Positions 9,075 to 18,707 of a DNA stretch of 64,000 nucleotides are shown piece after piece (the first letter of the stretch is position 1; the number at the start of each line of letters is the position of its first letter). The notes under the pieces are model-generated. The model made no database searches. It was not told the origin of the DNA and saw nothing but the letters and a program-made list of their open reading frames with translations. The position numbers and the translations under genes are program-made. Origin of the DNA: Pseudomonadota bacterium (GTDB lineage: Bacteria; Myxococcota; JACRCW01; JAFGSX01); the NCBI GenBank assembly GCA_043821645.1, contig JBDRCO010000044.1:23692-87691 (forward strand), in the 5' to 3' direction.

Positions 9075-10307
9075 TCAGGTCGTGGACCGCCGCAGCGAGC
9101 GCACCAGGGCGCGGGGGTGACGCAGCATCTTGACCGTGAACACCAGACTCGGCACCGGATCCCGGAGATCGTTGACGATGTCGACGTGGGGCGTGCCGAC
9201 CTCGTGCAGATAACGCGTGAGCTGCGCCAGGCGGTCCGGGGCGTGCCACAGCTGCAGGCCCTGGTCGATGTGATAGGGCAGGGCGTGGCGCCAGCTCACC
9301 CCAGCGCGCGGTGCCGTGGCCGCTTCGATCGCCAGGCCACAGCTCTGGCGGTACCACAGCAGTGGCAGGTCGTGGCCGCGGCGCAGGTTGAGCGAGATCT
9401 GGCCGAAGGCCCGGGGGTTGAGGTCCACGGCCAGAGCCCGGCCGCCGCTGTCCAGGATCAGTTCCAGCTCGAACAGACCTCGGCCGAGCATGCGCCGGGC
9501 CAGGCGCGTGCCCTGGGCCAGCAAGTCCGGATCGTCGAGACTGTGGAACACCGTGCCCACGCCGAGGGTCGGTGGCCACTGCGACGTCTTCTGGCACAGC
9601 GACGTGGCGAGCGCCGCGTCGTCCCCACCCAGCACTCCGCTGATCGAGAACAGGTGCGCCAGAGCACCGGGCACGTAGGCTTGCAGCACGGGCCAGCGCT
9701 GCTCGGGGTGGCGTTCCACCAGGTCCCTTTGGCCTGGTGCCACCGGGAAGGGAGCAAAGGCGGCGCGCAGCTCGGTGGGACCGGCCACGACCGTACCGCG
9801 AGCCAGGGGCACCACCACGTGCGAGCGCGGCTTGACGATCAGTGGGTAGGGATAGTCCCCGGCACCGTCGAGGGCGTCGTCCGTCGACACCGGCGCCTTT
9901 TGCCACGGCACGAGCTGGCCCACAGCGAGGCATGCGCGGTGAAAGCGATCCTTGAACAGCGCGTCGAGGATCGCGTCGTGCTCCGGCAGGGCGTGCAGCG
10001 CGCTCGCCGGGAGGTGCTCGCGCACCGTCGAGATGTAGTAGGTCATCAGGTCGGTGGTGGGCACGATCAGCTCGATGTCACCGCTTCGCAGCGCGTCGTC
10101 GAGCCAGGGCACGAAACGACTGGCGTCTCCCAGTGGCGGACACAGGCGCTCGCGCCTGGCGTGCCGGGACAGACCCGCCACGCTCCCGCGGTGGGGCGTG
10201 AACACTTCGACCTCGACGCCCGCGCGGCCCAGGGATCGCGTGACCGCGAGGGCTGGTGGGGCGTCCGCGTCGAACACCGCGACGCGAAGGGGAGTGTCCG
10301 TGCTCAT
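9075..10307 (-). CDS. ATP-grasp (carboxylate-amine ligase) family protein
   Basis: LAVTRSLGRAG N-terminus, YPLIVKPR, VLQAYVPG, GLFELELI, VDLNPR. Confidence 0.8.
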   Translation of the reverse strand: MSTDTPLRVAVFDADAPPALAVTRSLGRAGVEVEVFTPHRGSVAGLSRHARRERLCPPLGDASRFVPWLDDALRSGDIELIVPTTDLMTYYISTVREHLPASALHALPEHDAILDALFKDRFHRACLAVGQLVPWQKAPVSTDDALDGAGDYPYPLIVKPRSHVVVPLARGTVVAGPTELRAAFAPFPVAPGQRDLVERHPEQRWPVLQAYVPGALAHLFSISGVLGGDDAALATSLCQKTSQWPPTLGVGTVFHSLDDPDLLAQGTRLARRMLGRGLFELELILDSGGRALAVDLNPRAFGQISLNLRRGHDLPLLWYRQSCGLAIEAATAPRAGVSWRHALPYHIDQGLQLWHAPDRLAQLTRYLHEVGTPHVDIVNDLRDPVPSLVFTVKMLRHPRALVRSLRRSTT

Positions 10308-10492
10308 GCCTGTATCTCCTGAACCAGGTCACCTGGCCGGATCCACAGCCCGCCGCACACCGGCTCGAGGCTACCTTCTTCCCATCCGGGGCCCTGGTCG
10401 TCGACGTCGGACAGAACCCTTCATCGGCAACTCACGGCGTGCATATACGCACTTCACTGAAAGCTTTCACGCTCCCTGTGCGTGCGCCACCG

Positions 10493-10520
10493 TTGCCTGA
10501 CGGCAACAGGCTCATATTAT
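10493..10520 (+). promoter_or_regulatory. Possible sigma70 promoter for the GH44 gene
   Basis: TTGCCT-N16-TATTAT about 50 nt upstream of ATG 10570. Confidence 0.35.
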
Positions 10521-10569
10521 GGGGGGCCGGGCGTGCTGACGAGCTAGTGTGTCCCGGGAAGGAAACGAG

Positions 10570-12843
10570 ATGCGCAGCGCGGAGACCGCGACCCCCCCCA
10601 TGCAGTTCGCGATCCCGCGGCTCCTCGCCGTCGGGGTGGCGGCTGTAGCGACGGCGCTGCTGATCGTCCTTGCGGTGTCCCTGGGGCCGGGTCGCCTCGA
10701 ACCTGTCGCGGTGGCCGGTGCAGATCGACCGCCCGCTCCGGCGTCGGCCGAGGCCACCTGGCGCGAGCTGTCTGTGCTGTATCGCGGCGGTCTGCAGGGC
10801 GACTGGGAGGACTGGGGCTGGGCCCCGCGCGAGCTCAACAAAGGGCAGCCCGCCCGCGTCAACTTCTCCGGCTGGGGAGGGTGGATTCTCGGTACCCGTC
10901 GGGCCGCACCACGCTTCGCGGCACTGCAGTTCAAGATCCAGGCGCCCGACACCGAGTTCCTCGAGGTTCGCCTGCGCAACAAGAGCGGCGTCGAGCTGCC
11001 GGCCGTTCCGCTGACCGCCGCACATCGCCGCAGCAGCGCAGGTGGCTGGGAGTTCTTTCGGGTCCTTGCCAGCGAGCTCGATCCCCAGGACGTCGGCTAC
11101 GACCAGGTGGTGTTGCGCGCCCACCGTCGCGTCGGCGCGGACTGGGTGCTGCTCGACGAGATCGTTCTACTCGGACCACCGGTCGTGGTCTCGCCCGCGG
11201 TCGGGGTGGTGCAGGGCGACGGCGGCCCGCGGACCGAGCCGCGGCTGACACCTGTGCGTCGCGTCCCGGGGCGCGTCGATTGCAGCGCCGAGGGTCACCT
11301 GATCCCGCCCGCCATCTACGGCATCGCCTTTCATCCGCGCAAGGCCTTGTCGGATGACTCGGTGTGGGAGCTGCGGGCCGGCGCACGACGCTGGGGCGGC
11401 AACCCGGCCTCGCGCTACAACTGGCGCCTGGGCAACGCCTGGAACTCGGCGTCGGACTGGTACTTCAGAAACCTCAACTACACCTCGGACCCGGGCTTCA
11501 GCTGGAAGGTCTTCCTGGACCAGAACCGGGAACACGGCATGGTCACTGCGCTGACGATGCCAACCCTGGGCTGGGTGGCCAAGGACACCAGCTCCTACAG
11601 CTTCCCGGTCTCGGTCTTCGGCGCCCAGGCCAGCACCGACCCCGAGCTGCCCGACGTGGGCAATGGCCGAGCCAAGGACAACAGCCTCCTCAAGCCCGGC
11701 AAGGCCACGCGCACCAGCGTCCCCTTTCAACCCGAGGACGCGGCCGAGTGGGCGCGCGCCATCCAGGCGCATGCCGGACCCACCGGCGCCCGTGCTGTCC
11801 ACTTCTACCTTCTCGACAATGAGCCCATGCTCTGGCACAGCACACACCGCGACGTGCGCCAGGAGCCCCTTGGCTACGACGAGCTTCTCAGCAAGACACT
11901 TGGCTACGCCCAGGCCCTGCGCAGCATCGATCCCGACGCGTACATCGCGGGTCCCGGCGTCTGGGGCTGGCCCGCCTACTTCTTCTCGGCCAGGGATGCC
12001 GAGGCCGGCTTCCGGCTCAAGCCGGACCGTCGGGCACACGGGGACGTGCCCTTGCTCGAGTGGTACCTGGCCCAGCTCGCCGCGCAGGAGCAGAAAACCG
12101 GCCAGCGCGTGATCGATGCCCTCGACGTCCACTTCTATCCACAGGGTGACGGCGTGTACTCCGGAGGCAAGGGCGAGACGGACTCCGCGACCGCTGCGTT
12201 GCGCATCCGCTCGACGCGCGCGTTGTGGGACCCGACCTACAAGGACGAATCGTGGATCGCCGAGCGCATCGAGTTGCTGCCCCGCTTGCGGCGCATGATC
12301 CGCGATAACTACCCCGGGCTCGGCATCGTCATCGGCGAATACGCCTTTGGCGGCGAGGGGCACATCAGCGGTGCGCTGGCGCTGGCCGAGGCCCTGGGGC
12401 GCTTCGGCGCCTTCGAGGGCCTGAGTGCGGCCTTCTACTGGACCTATCCGGCACCGAGCAGCCCGGCGGGCCAGGCTTTCAAGGCCTTTCGTAATTACGA
12501 TGGTCGTGGCGCGGCGTTTCCCCGCCGCTCGCTCCCTGCCAGTGCCCGCGACGCGCTTTCTCTGTTCACCGCCCGCGACGATTCGGGCCATGTGGTCGCC
12601 GTGGTGCTCAACCTCTCCCTTTCCGAGACCCTGGCTCTCGACGTGACCGCGGCGGGCTGTGATCGCCTGGTGGTGGACCGACAGTTCCGTTACCGCGCCG
12701 GCCTGCCAGGACTGATAGAGGTCCGGGACGAGCAGCTGGCGATCGACTCGGAGAGCTGGACGATGGTGCTGCCTGCGGCATCGATCAGCGTGATCGAGCT
12801 TCACGTGGCCGAGCCTCCTCCGCCGCCACCTCCTGTCCCCTGA
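10570..12843 (+). CDS. Membrane-anchored glycoside hydrolase family 44 with an N-terminal CBM-like region
   Basis: RWGGNPASRYNW, LDNEPMLWHSTHRDV, DVHFYPQ, STRALWDPTY.DESWI, IGEY motifs; N-terminal hydrophobic anchor; poly-Pro tail. Confidence 0.85.
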   Translation: MRSAETATPPMQFAIPRLLAVGVAAVATALLIVLAVSLGPGRLEPVAVAGADRPPAPASAEATWRELSVLYRGGLQGDWEDWGWAPRELNKGQPARVNFSGWGGWILGTRRAAPRFAALQFKIQAPDTEFLEVRLRNKSGVELPAVPLTAAHRRSSAGGWEFFRVLASELDPQDVGYDQVVLRAHRRVGADWVLLDEIVLLGPPVVVSPAVGVVQGDGGPRTEPRLTPVRRVPGRVDCSAEGHLIPPAIYGIAFHPRKALSDDSVWELRAGARRWGGNPASRYNWRLGNAWNSASDWYFRNLNYTSDPGFSWKVFLDQNREHGMVTALTMPTLGWVAKDTSSYSFPVSVFGAQASTDPELPDVGNGRAKDNSLLKPGKATRTSVPFQPEDAAEWARAIQAHAGPTGARAVHFYLLDNEPMLWHSTHRDVRQEPLGYDELLSKTLGYAQALRSIDPDAYIAGPGVWGWPAYFFSARDAEAGFRLKPDRRAHGDVPLLEWYLAQLAAQEQKTGQRVIDALDVHFYPQGDGVYSGGKGETDSATAALRIRSTRALWDPTYKDESWIAERIELLPRLRRMIRDNYPGLGIVIGEYAFGGEGHISGALALAEALGRFGAFEGLSAAFYWTYPAPSSPAGQAFKAFRNYDGRGAAFPRRSLPASARDALSLFTARDDSGHVVAVVLNLSLSETLALDVTAAGCDRLVVDRQFRYRAGLPGLIEVRDEQLAIDSESWTMVLPAASISVIELHVAEPPPPPPPVP

Positions 12844-12961
12844 GCGCCCATGCCAGCAGCCTGCAGCCGCCGGTTTTGTCGACGGTGGCCAAAGCGTATT
12901 CCGGGCGTTATGACGAACAGGCTCAGCCCCGGCCAGGCGGGGAGGTGGGCCGGGAGGGACC

Positions 12962-14269
12962 GTGCCGAGTGACAGGACCTGCGGAAGGCCGGTGCGCACG
13001 GCTGGGCTGCTCCTGGCCTGCTGCGGCGCGCTCATCGCGTGCGGTGACAGGGCGCGAATCTGCGTCAACGCGACCTGCGCGTCTCCTTTCCGGGATGCTG
13101 CGACCGGGCCTGAAGATGCTGGACCGGCCGATGTTCTCGCCCGGGACAGCAACGCCAGCGTGGATTCCTCCGCCGTCGATCGCCCACCACCGCGGGACAG
13201 TGCGACGGCGCGAGACAGCGCCGCTCGCCCGGACCGCCAGGCGAGCCCGGACAGCCAGGCGAGCACCGATCGCGCGAGCGTTGCGGATGCCGCGATCGCG
13301 GATGCAGGTCCGCCGCCGACCGCGGGCTGGTTGCATACCGCGGGCAGGCAGTTCCTGCACGCCGACGGTGGCACCTGGGTCGGGCGCGGCGCCAACATCC
13401 ACGACACGCGCTCGTGCAATGCCTGCGCCTGGTCCGCACCCGACGTCGACGAGGTGAAGCGGCGCATCGACGTGCTGGTGGACGACTGGAAGGCCACCTT
13501 CATGCGCCTGGATCTCGAGAGCTACGCCACTGCCAGCGGTCGGACGCACTGGCAGAGCGTGCTCGACGACCCTGGCTACCTGCAGGACATCGAGGCCATC
13601 GTCGCGCACATCGGGAGCAAACCCGGCGTGTACGTCCTGCTCTCGCTGTGGGTCAGCGAGTTCTTTGACCCCCTGGGCTGGCCCAGCGCTCATTCCCGGC
13701 AGGAGTGGCAGGTGCTCGCCGACGCCTTCGTCGGGGTTCCGCACGTCATGTTTGGTCTGGTCAACGAGCCCGAGTCCAACTTCAGCGGCACCCAGGACGC
13801 CGAGGTGTGGGATGCCATGAATCAGACCGTGGCGGTCATTCGCGCCGTCGAGGACGCCGCGTCGAGCCCGCACCACATCGTCGCGGTGCAGGGCACCGGT
13901 GCCTGGGCGCGCAACCTGGGCTACTACGTCACCCATCCCATCACCGCGGGTGGCGGTGACAACATCGCCTACGAGATCCACGTCTACAATCCCGAGGCGG
14001 ACTTCGACAACATGCTGGTGACGCCGGCACAGACCCTGCCCGTGATCGTCGGCGAGTACGGTCCGGTGGCGGGCACCATGACCGAGGCCGACTGCCAGGC
14101 CCTGATGGCGCTGGTCGACCTGCAGGGGATCCCTAACCTGGCGTGGACCTTTCACATGCGCTGCCCACCCAACCTGATCGTCGACAACTCGGGTGGCGGC
14201 TGTGGTGTGGACATGAACCTGCAGCCCACGGCCTGGGGCTCCCTGCTGATGCAGCACCTGGCTCCCTGA
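12962..14269 (+). CDS. GH5 (cellulase family) glycoside hydrolase, probable lipoprotein with Asp/Ala linker
   Basis: GRGAN, VNEP acid/base, YEIHVY, IVGEYG nucleophile, LAW; LIAC lipobox; RBS GGGAGG. Confidence 0.82.
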   Translation: MPSDRTCGRPVRTAGLLLACCGALIACGDRARICVNATCASPFRDAATGPEDAGPADVLARDSNASVDSSAVDRPPPRDSATARDSAARPDRQASPDSQASTDRASVADAAIADAGPPPTAGWLHTAGRQFLHADGGTWVGRGANIHDTRSCNACAWSAPDVDEVKRRIDVLVDDWKATFMRLDLESYATASGRTHWQSVLDDPGYLQDIEAIVAHIGSKPGVYVLLSLWVSEFFDPLGWPSAHSRQEWQVLADAFVGVPHVMFGLVNEPESNFSGTQDAEVWDAMNQTVAVIRAVEDAASSPHHIVAVQGTGAWARNLGYYVTHPITAGGGDNIAYEIHVYNPEADFDNMLVTPAQTLPVIVGEYGPVAGTMTEADCQALMALVDLQGIPNLAWTFHMRCPPNLIVDNSGGGCGVDMNLQPTAWGSLLMQHLAP

Positions 14270-14317
14270 GCCGGCCCCGCAGAGGGACCACAAGACATCC
14301 ATCGGGCCCGTACGCCA

Positions 14318-15670
14318 TCAGCGGGTGCAGGTGCAGATGAGGTCGGGCTGCGTTGAGTTGCACGGGTAAGTCGTGGGCAGGGCCGGGCAGCTATCGGTCG
14401 TATCGTTGGCCGCGCCCAGGCAGGCACCACCTGCGGCCTGACAGATCGTGTCGCAGCTGGCCGGGACAGCCACCCTGTTGTCGGCGTAGAACTCGCAGGC
14501 CAGCTCGGACTCGCTGCACAGGACAAAGCCGGTGACCGCGCCGTAGCGCGCGCTGCAGCTCGGGCCCGCAGCGTCGGGGAAGCCGCCGTCAAAGACCTCG
14601 GTCGTGCAGCGGCAGAGGCCATCGGCGAGCGCATCCGCACAGGTCTTCGGATCGGGCTTGGCCTCGCAGGTGATGTTGCCGACGGGATCCTGGTTGTCCC
14701 TGGTCCCGAGGCAGCTCCCACCATTTTGCGTGCACAGGGTCTGGCAGCTCAGCCCCGCCGTGGCAACGTAGAACTCACACCAGCCGGTGCCTCCGGTGCA
14801 GTACAGGAAGTTCGTGGTGGTGCCGTAGCGCGCTGCACAGGCGAGCTGGTACGCGATGGGTGGACCGGCGTCGCCTGCAGCCGCATCCGCCCCGCTCGCC
14901 TGGTCGGGGGCCGAGGTCGTGTCTGCCAGCGCGGCCTGGTCGGGTTTGCTGGCACTGTCGGACGCGCTCCCGGTGTCCAGGCCGACATCGAGAGGCCTGT
15001 GGTCCGCGGTGGTGACGTCGGCAAGCACAGCGTCCGGCAACCAGGCATCCGCGATCGGGGCGCTGTCCACGCGCACCAGTTCTGCCACCGTGGCGTCGCG
15101 CAGGACAGCATCGGACCTCGCAGCGTCTCTGGAGGCGGCGTCTGTTCCGGACGCGCTGTCGACGATGACCGCATCGATCCTGATGCTGTCGACGATGGCG
15201 AGGTCAGGAGGTGCCTGGTCCCGGGCAGACAGGTCCGCCGCGGTGAGGTCCGGGGCCGTTCGATCCGGGTTGAAGGCGTCCACGCGACTGCCATCCCGGG
15301 ACGCGCTGTCGTACCCGGCCGCATCCAGGAGCCCGCGATCACTGCTCGCTGTGGCGTCGGGGCGCGGCGCCGCGGGCATGCAGGCGCCCTCGCTGCAGGT
15401 CTGGCCGGGATCACAGTCGCTGTTGTGGTTGCAGACCCGGCGGCACAGGGTGTCGCGGCAGAGCTGGTCGGTCGGGCACTCGGTCGTGCTCGCGCAGGGC
15501 AGGGCGGCGGAGGGATCACACTGGCAGGCGTGACCCAGCAGGCTCAGCATCAGCAGCAGCGCGCCGCGGCGCCTGCGAACCCGTGAGGGGCGGGACGCGT
15601 ATGCGACGGGCGCGGCCAGGGCTGTCACTGCCCCGCCCGAAAACCGAACTGGTGCCGACGCTGGTCTCAT
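14318..15670 (-). CDS. Cys-rich secreted protein/lipoprotein with long Asp-periodic linker and duplicated C-terminal Cys domain (start uncertain)
   Basis: Hydrophobic LLLMLSLLGHAC; C..xxC..C modules; two copies of C.ARYG...F..C......CEFY...SC.T.C...GG.CLG. Confidence 0.7.
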   Translation of the reverse strand: MRPASAPVRFSGGAVTALAAPVAYASRPSRVRRRRGALLLMLSLLGHACQCDPSAALPCASTTECPTDQLCRDTLCRRVCNHNSDCDPGQTCSEGACMPAAPRPDATASSDRGLLDAAGYDSASRDGSRVDAFNPDRTAPDLTAADLSARDQAPPDLAIVDSIRIDAVIVDSASGTDAASRDAARSDAVLRDATVAELVRVDSAPIADAWLPDAVLADVTTADHRPLDVGLDTGSASDSASKPDQAALADTTSAPDQASGADAAAGDAGPPIAYQLACAARYGTTTNFLYCTGGTGWCEFYVATAGLSCQTLCTQNGGSCLGTRDNQDPVGNITCEAKPDPKTCADALADGLCRCTTEVFDGGFPDAAGPSCSARYGAVTGFVLCSESELACEFYADNRVAVPASCDTICQAAGGACLGAANDTTDSCPALPTTYPCNSTQPDLICTCTR

Positions 15671-15728
15671 CTATCGGATCAGGATACCGCGTTTCGGCCT
15701 TGCTGCGCCTGGTCTGTGTTGCCCGCGC

Positions 15729-16943
15729 TCAGGCCTGGGCGGGAACGGGCTCCACACCCGCACGCGTCACCTGGAGGATCTCGGTGCCCTCGACCGCAGC
15801 CTGGATGAGTGCCTCGAGTTCGAGTTTCTGCTCCTGGCCCTCGACGAACTTCAGGCGCGCCCGGGTCTCGGGATGTGGCGGGACGAACAGCGAGCAGCAG
15901 TCGGCAAAGGGCCGGATCGAGATGTCAAAGCTTCCGATGCGACGGGCGATCTGCATGGTGTCGAGCTTGTCGGTGCCGATGAGCGGCCTGAGCACGGGCA
16001 GGCTGGCCGCATCCTCGATCACCACCAGGTTCTCGAGGGTCTGGCTCGCCACCTGGCCCAGGCTCTCGCCGGTGACCAGCACCGGGATCTCGCGCTGCGT
16101 GGCGACGGCGCTGGCGATGCGCATCATCAGGCGCCGGTACAGCACCACCGTGAGCCTGGGGTTGCAGCGCTGGTGGATGGCCTTCTGTACCTCGGTGAAG
16201 GGCACCACCAGCAGCGAGAAGTCTCCCTGCATGCGCCACAGGCGCTGGCACAGGTCGAACACCTTCTCTTTGGATTGATCGGAGATGAAGGGGAAGCTGC
16301 GAAAGTACAGCGCATCAAGGGAGAGCCCGCGGTTGATCATCAGGTGACCGGCCACCGGCGAGTCGATGCCACCCGACAGCAGCAGCAGGCCCCGGCCCGC
16401 CGTTCCCGCCGGGAGTCCGGCGACACCGGCGATGCGCTGATCGAACACGAAGGCGTGGCGCTCGCTGAGTTCGACCTCGATGATCAATTTTGGGTCGTGC
16501 AGCTCGGCGTCGATGCCGGTCTGATCGACCACGTAGGTGCCGATGACCTTGCCCAGTTCCGACGAGTTCATGGCCACGCGCTTGTCCACCCGCTTGACCG
16601 TGACCCGCCAGGGCTGGCCGGTGTGGCGGGCGCGCAGCAAGCCGAGGGTGGTCTGCTGCATGGCCTCGATGCTGGGATCGCAGCGCCGCGCGGGACTCAG
16701 GGTGATGTAACCGGGAACCAGCGCCAGGCGGCGGCACACCTGGTCGCATAGCTCGTCGTCGGGGCCTTCCCGGAACAGCACCAGCACGCGGTTGCGCAGC
16801 ATGCGTACCTCGGTGGGGAGGTCCTGCAAGGCGGTGCGCACGCTGTGCACCAGCGCGCGCTCGAAGTGGCGGCGGTTGCCGCGCTTGAGAAAGAGCTCGC
16901 CGCAGCGGAGCAGCACGGCGTCGTACCCGGGGCTCTGGATCAT
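15729..16943 (-). CDS. thiI: tRNA 4-thiouridine synthase ThiI (no rhodanese domain)
   Basis: ELFLKRGNR, THUMP region, LLSGGIDSPVA, TGESLGQVASQT, LRPLIG.DK, DCC; start overlaps desulfurase stop. Confidence 0.95.
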   Translation of the reverse strand: MIQSPGYDAVLLRCGELFLKRGNRRHFERALVHSVRTALQDLPTEVRMLRNRVLVLFREGPDDELCDQVCRRLALVPGYITLSPARRCDPSIEAMQQTTLGLLRARHTGQPWRVTVKRVDKRVAMNSSELGKVIGTYVVDQTGIDAELHDPKLIIEVELSERHAFVFDQRIAGVAGLPAGTAGRGLLLLSGGIDSPVAGHLMINRGLSLDALYFRSFPFISDQSKEKVFDLCQRLWRMQGDFSLLVVPFTEVQKAIHQRCNPRLTVVLYRRLMMRIASAVATQREIPVLVTGESLGQVASQTLENLVVIEDAASLPVLRPLIGTDKLDTMQIARRIGSFDISIRPFADCCSLFVPPHPETRARLKFVEGQEQKLELEALIQAAVEGTEILQVTRAGVEPVPAQA

Positions 16944-18094
16944 GGGGCGAGGATCCTCAGCTCGGCCACCGCCTGGGCAAAGGCCCTGGCAGCGCGACCG
17001 ATCTCGTCGTCGGTGGTGAAGCGGGACAGCGACAGCCGCAGGTGGCCCTGATCCGCGCGGCCCTGGCCGATGGCGCGCAGGGTCTTCGAGGGGCGACTGT
17101 CCCGGGCGTGGCAGGCCGAGCCCACGCTGCCCAGGACGCCGCGCGCCTCGAGCGCGTGCAGCAGGTGCTCGCTCTGCACCCCGTCGACGCTGAGGTGCAC
17201 GTTGTTGCACAGGCGCTGTGTGGGGTGGCCATTGAGACGGACCCCGGGTGTGTCGCCGAGCAGGCGCAGGATCAGGCGATCGCGAAGCGCGCGCATCTGC
17301 GGCACGCTGTCGCGTCGCGCGGCCAGGGCCAGCCGTGCGGCCTCGGTCAGGCCGGCAATGGCAGCGAGGTTCTCGGTGCCAGAGCGCAGCCCGCGCTGCT
17401 GTCCACCGCCGCCCCACAGCGGGATGAGCGGGACGCCGGCGCGCAGCACCAGGCAGCCGACGCCCTGCGGGCCGTGAATCTTGTGGCCGGACAGCGCGAT
17501 GGAGTCCACGCCCAGGCTGTCGAGGTCGACGCGCTCCTTGCCAAAGCTCTGCACGGCGTCGACGTGGAGGTGGGTCCGGGGGTTGCGTGCGCGCACCGCG
17601 CGGGCGATCTCGGCCACCGGCTGCACGCTTCCGATCTCGTTGGAGGCATGCAGCACCGCCACCGCGCACACCTCCTCGTCGACATGTGCGCCCACCCAGG
17701 CCGGGTCGACCAGGCCACAGGCGTCGACGGGGATCTCGATCACGCGGTAGCCCTCGCGCTCGAGCAACTGCGCGGACTCCAGCACGGCCGGGTGCTCGAT
17801 GGCGGAGACCAGGACGGTGTGGCCATGCCTCGCCCGGGCGCCTCCGAGCACACCCAGGGCATTGGCCTCGGTGCCACCCGAGGTGAAGATCACGTCGTCA
17901 GCGCGGGCGTGGAGGGCGTCCGCCAGCAGCTCCCGGCTGCGCTGCAGGACACGCCAGGCCTCGACGCCGCGCCGGTGCAAGGACGAGGGATTGCCGTGCC
18001 GATCGCCCCAGAAGGGCTGCATGGCGGCAAGCACCTCGGGCAGGGGCCGGGTGGTGGCGGCATTGTCGAGGTAGATCTCGGATGGCGTGCTCAC
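16940..18094 (-). CDS. iscS: Cysteine desulfurase (IscS/NifS family); alternative ATG start at 18106
   Basis: IYLDNAATT, GNPSSLH, FTSGGTEAN, HVDAVQ, SGHKIHGP (PLP Lys), RSGTEN, GSAC. Confidence 0.93.
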   Translation of the reverse strand: MSTPSEIYLDNAATTRPLPEVLAAMQPFWGDRHGNPSSLHRRGVEAWRVLQRSRELLADALHARADDVIFTSGGTEANALGVLGGARARHGHTVLVSAIEHPAVLESAQLLEREGYRVIEIPVDACGLVDPAWVGAHVDEEVCAVAVLHASNEIGSVQPVAEIARAVRARNPRTHLHVDAVQSFGKERVDLDSLGVDSIALSGHKIHGPQGVGCLVLRAGVPLIPLWGGGGQQRGLRSGTENLAAIAGLTEAARLALAARRDSVPQMRALRDRLILRLLGDTPGVRLNGHPTQRLCNNVHLSVDGVQSEHLLHALEARGVLGSVGSACHARDSRPSKTLRAIGQGRADQGHLRLSLSRFTTDDEIGRAARAFAQAVAELRILAP

Positions 18095-18248
18095 GCGCGA
18101 GACCATAGCGATCGCGATCGAACCTGGCCAGGGGCAGTGCAGGTTCACCCGGCTGGCGAACCCTTTCATCGGCCCCCGGCTCACACCCGCTGTCACAACA
18201 AAAACCGCACGGAGACTGCAGCGCAGCACCGTCACATTGGAGGACCCG

Positions 18249-18707
18249 ATGACCAGCACCACCTCGACCACCCCGGTCACCGACAAGAACTTCGAGCAGC
18301 TGATCCAGAAGGACGGCATCGTGCTCATCGACTTCTGGGCACCCTGGTGCGGTCCCTGCCGCTCCTTTGGCCCGGTGTTCGAGAAGGTCGCGAGCGAGAA
18401 CCCGGACCTGGTCTTTGCCAAGTGCAACACCGAGGACGAGCAGGGCCTGGCAGGAGCCCTGGGCATTCGATCCATCCCCACGCTGATGGTGTTCCGCGAC
18501 AACGTGCTGCTGTTCAACCAGCCCGGAATGTTGCCCGAGACCGCGCTGCGCGAGGTGGTGCAGAAGGTGCGCGACCTCGACATGGTCGAGGTGAAGCGCG
18601 AGATCGCCGAGCAGGAGAAGGCGCATGCCGACGGTCACGATCATGGCCACGATCACGCCCATGACGACGACGAGTTCCAGGCCACGGCGCCGGCCGCTCA
18701 GGCCTGA
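18249..18707 (+). CDS. trxA: Thioredoxin with His/Asp-rich C-terminal tail
   Basis: DFWAPWCGPC, IRSIPTL; RBS GGAGGA; tail HADGHDHGHDHAHDDDE. Confidence 0.92.
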   Translation: MTSTTSTTPVTDKNFEQLIQKDGIVLIDFWAPWCGPCRSFGPVFEKVASENPDLVFAKCNTEDEQGLAGALGIRSIPTLMVFRDNVLLFNQPGMLPETALREVVQKVRDLDMVEVKREIAEQEKAHADGHDHGHDHAHDDDEFQATAPAAQA

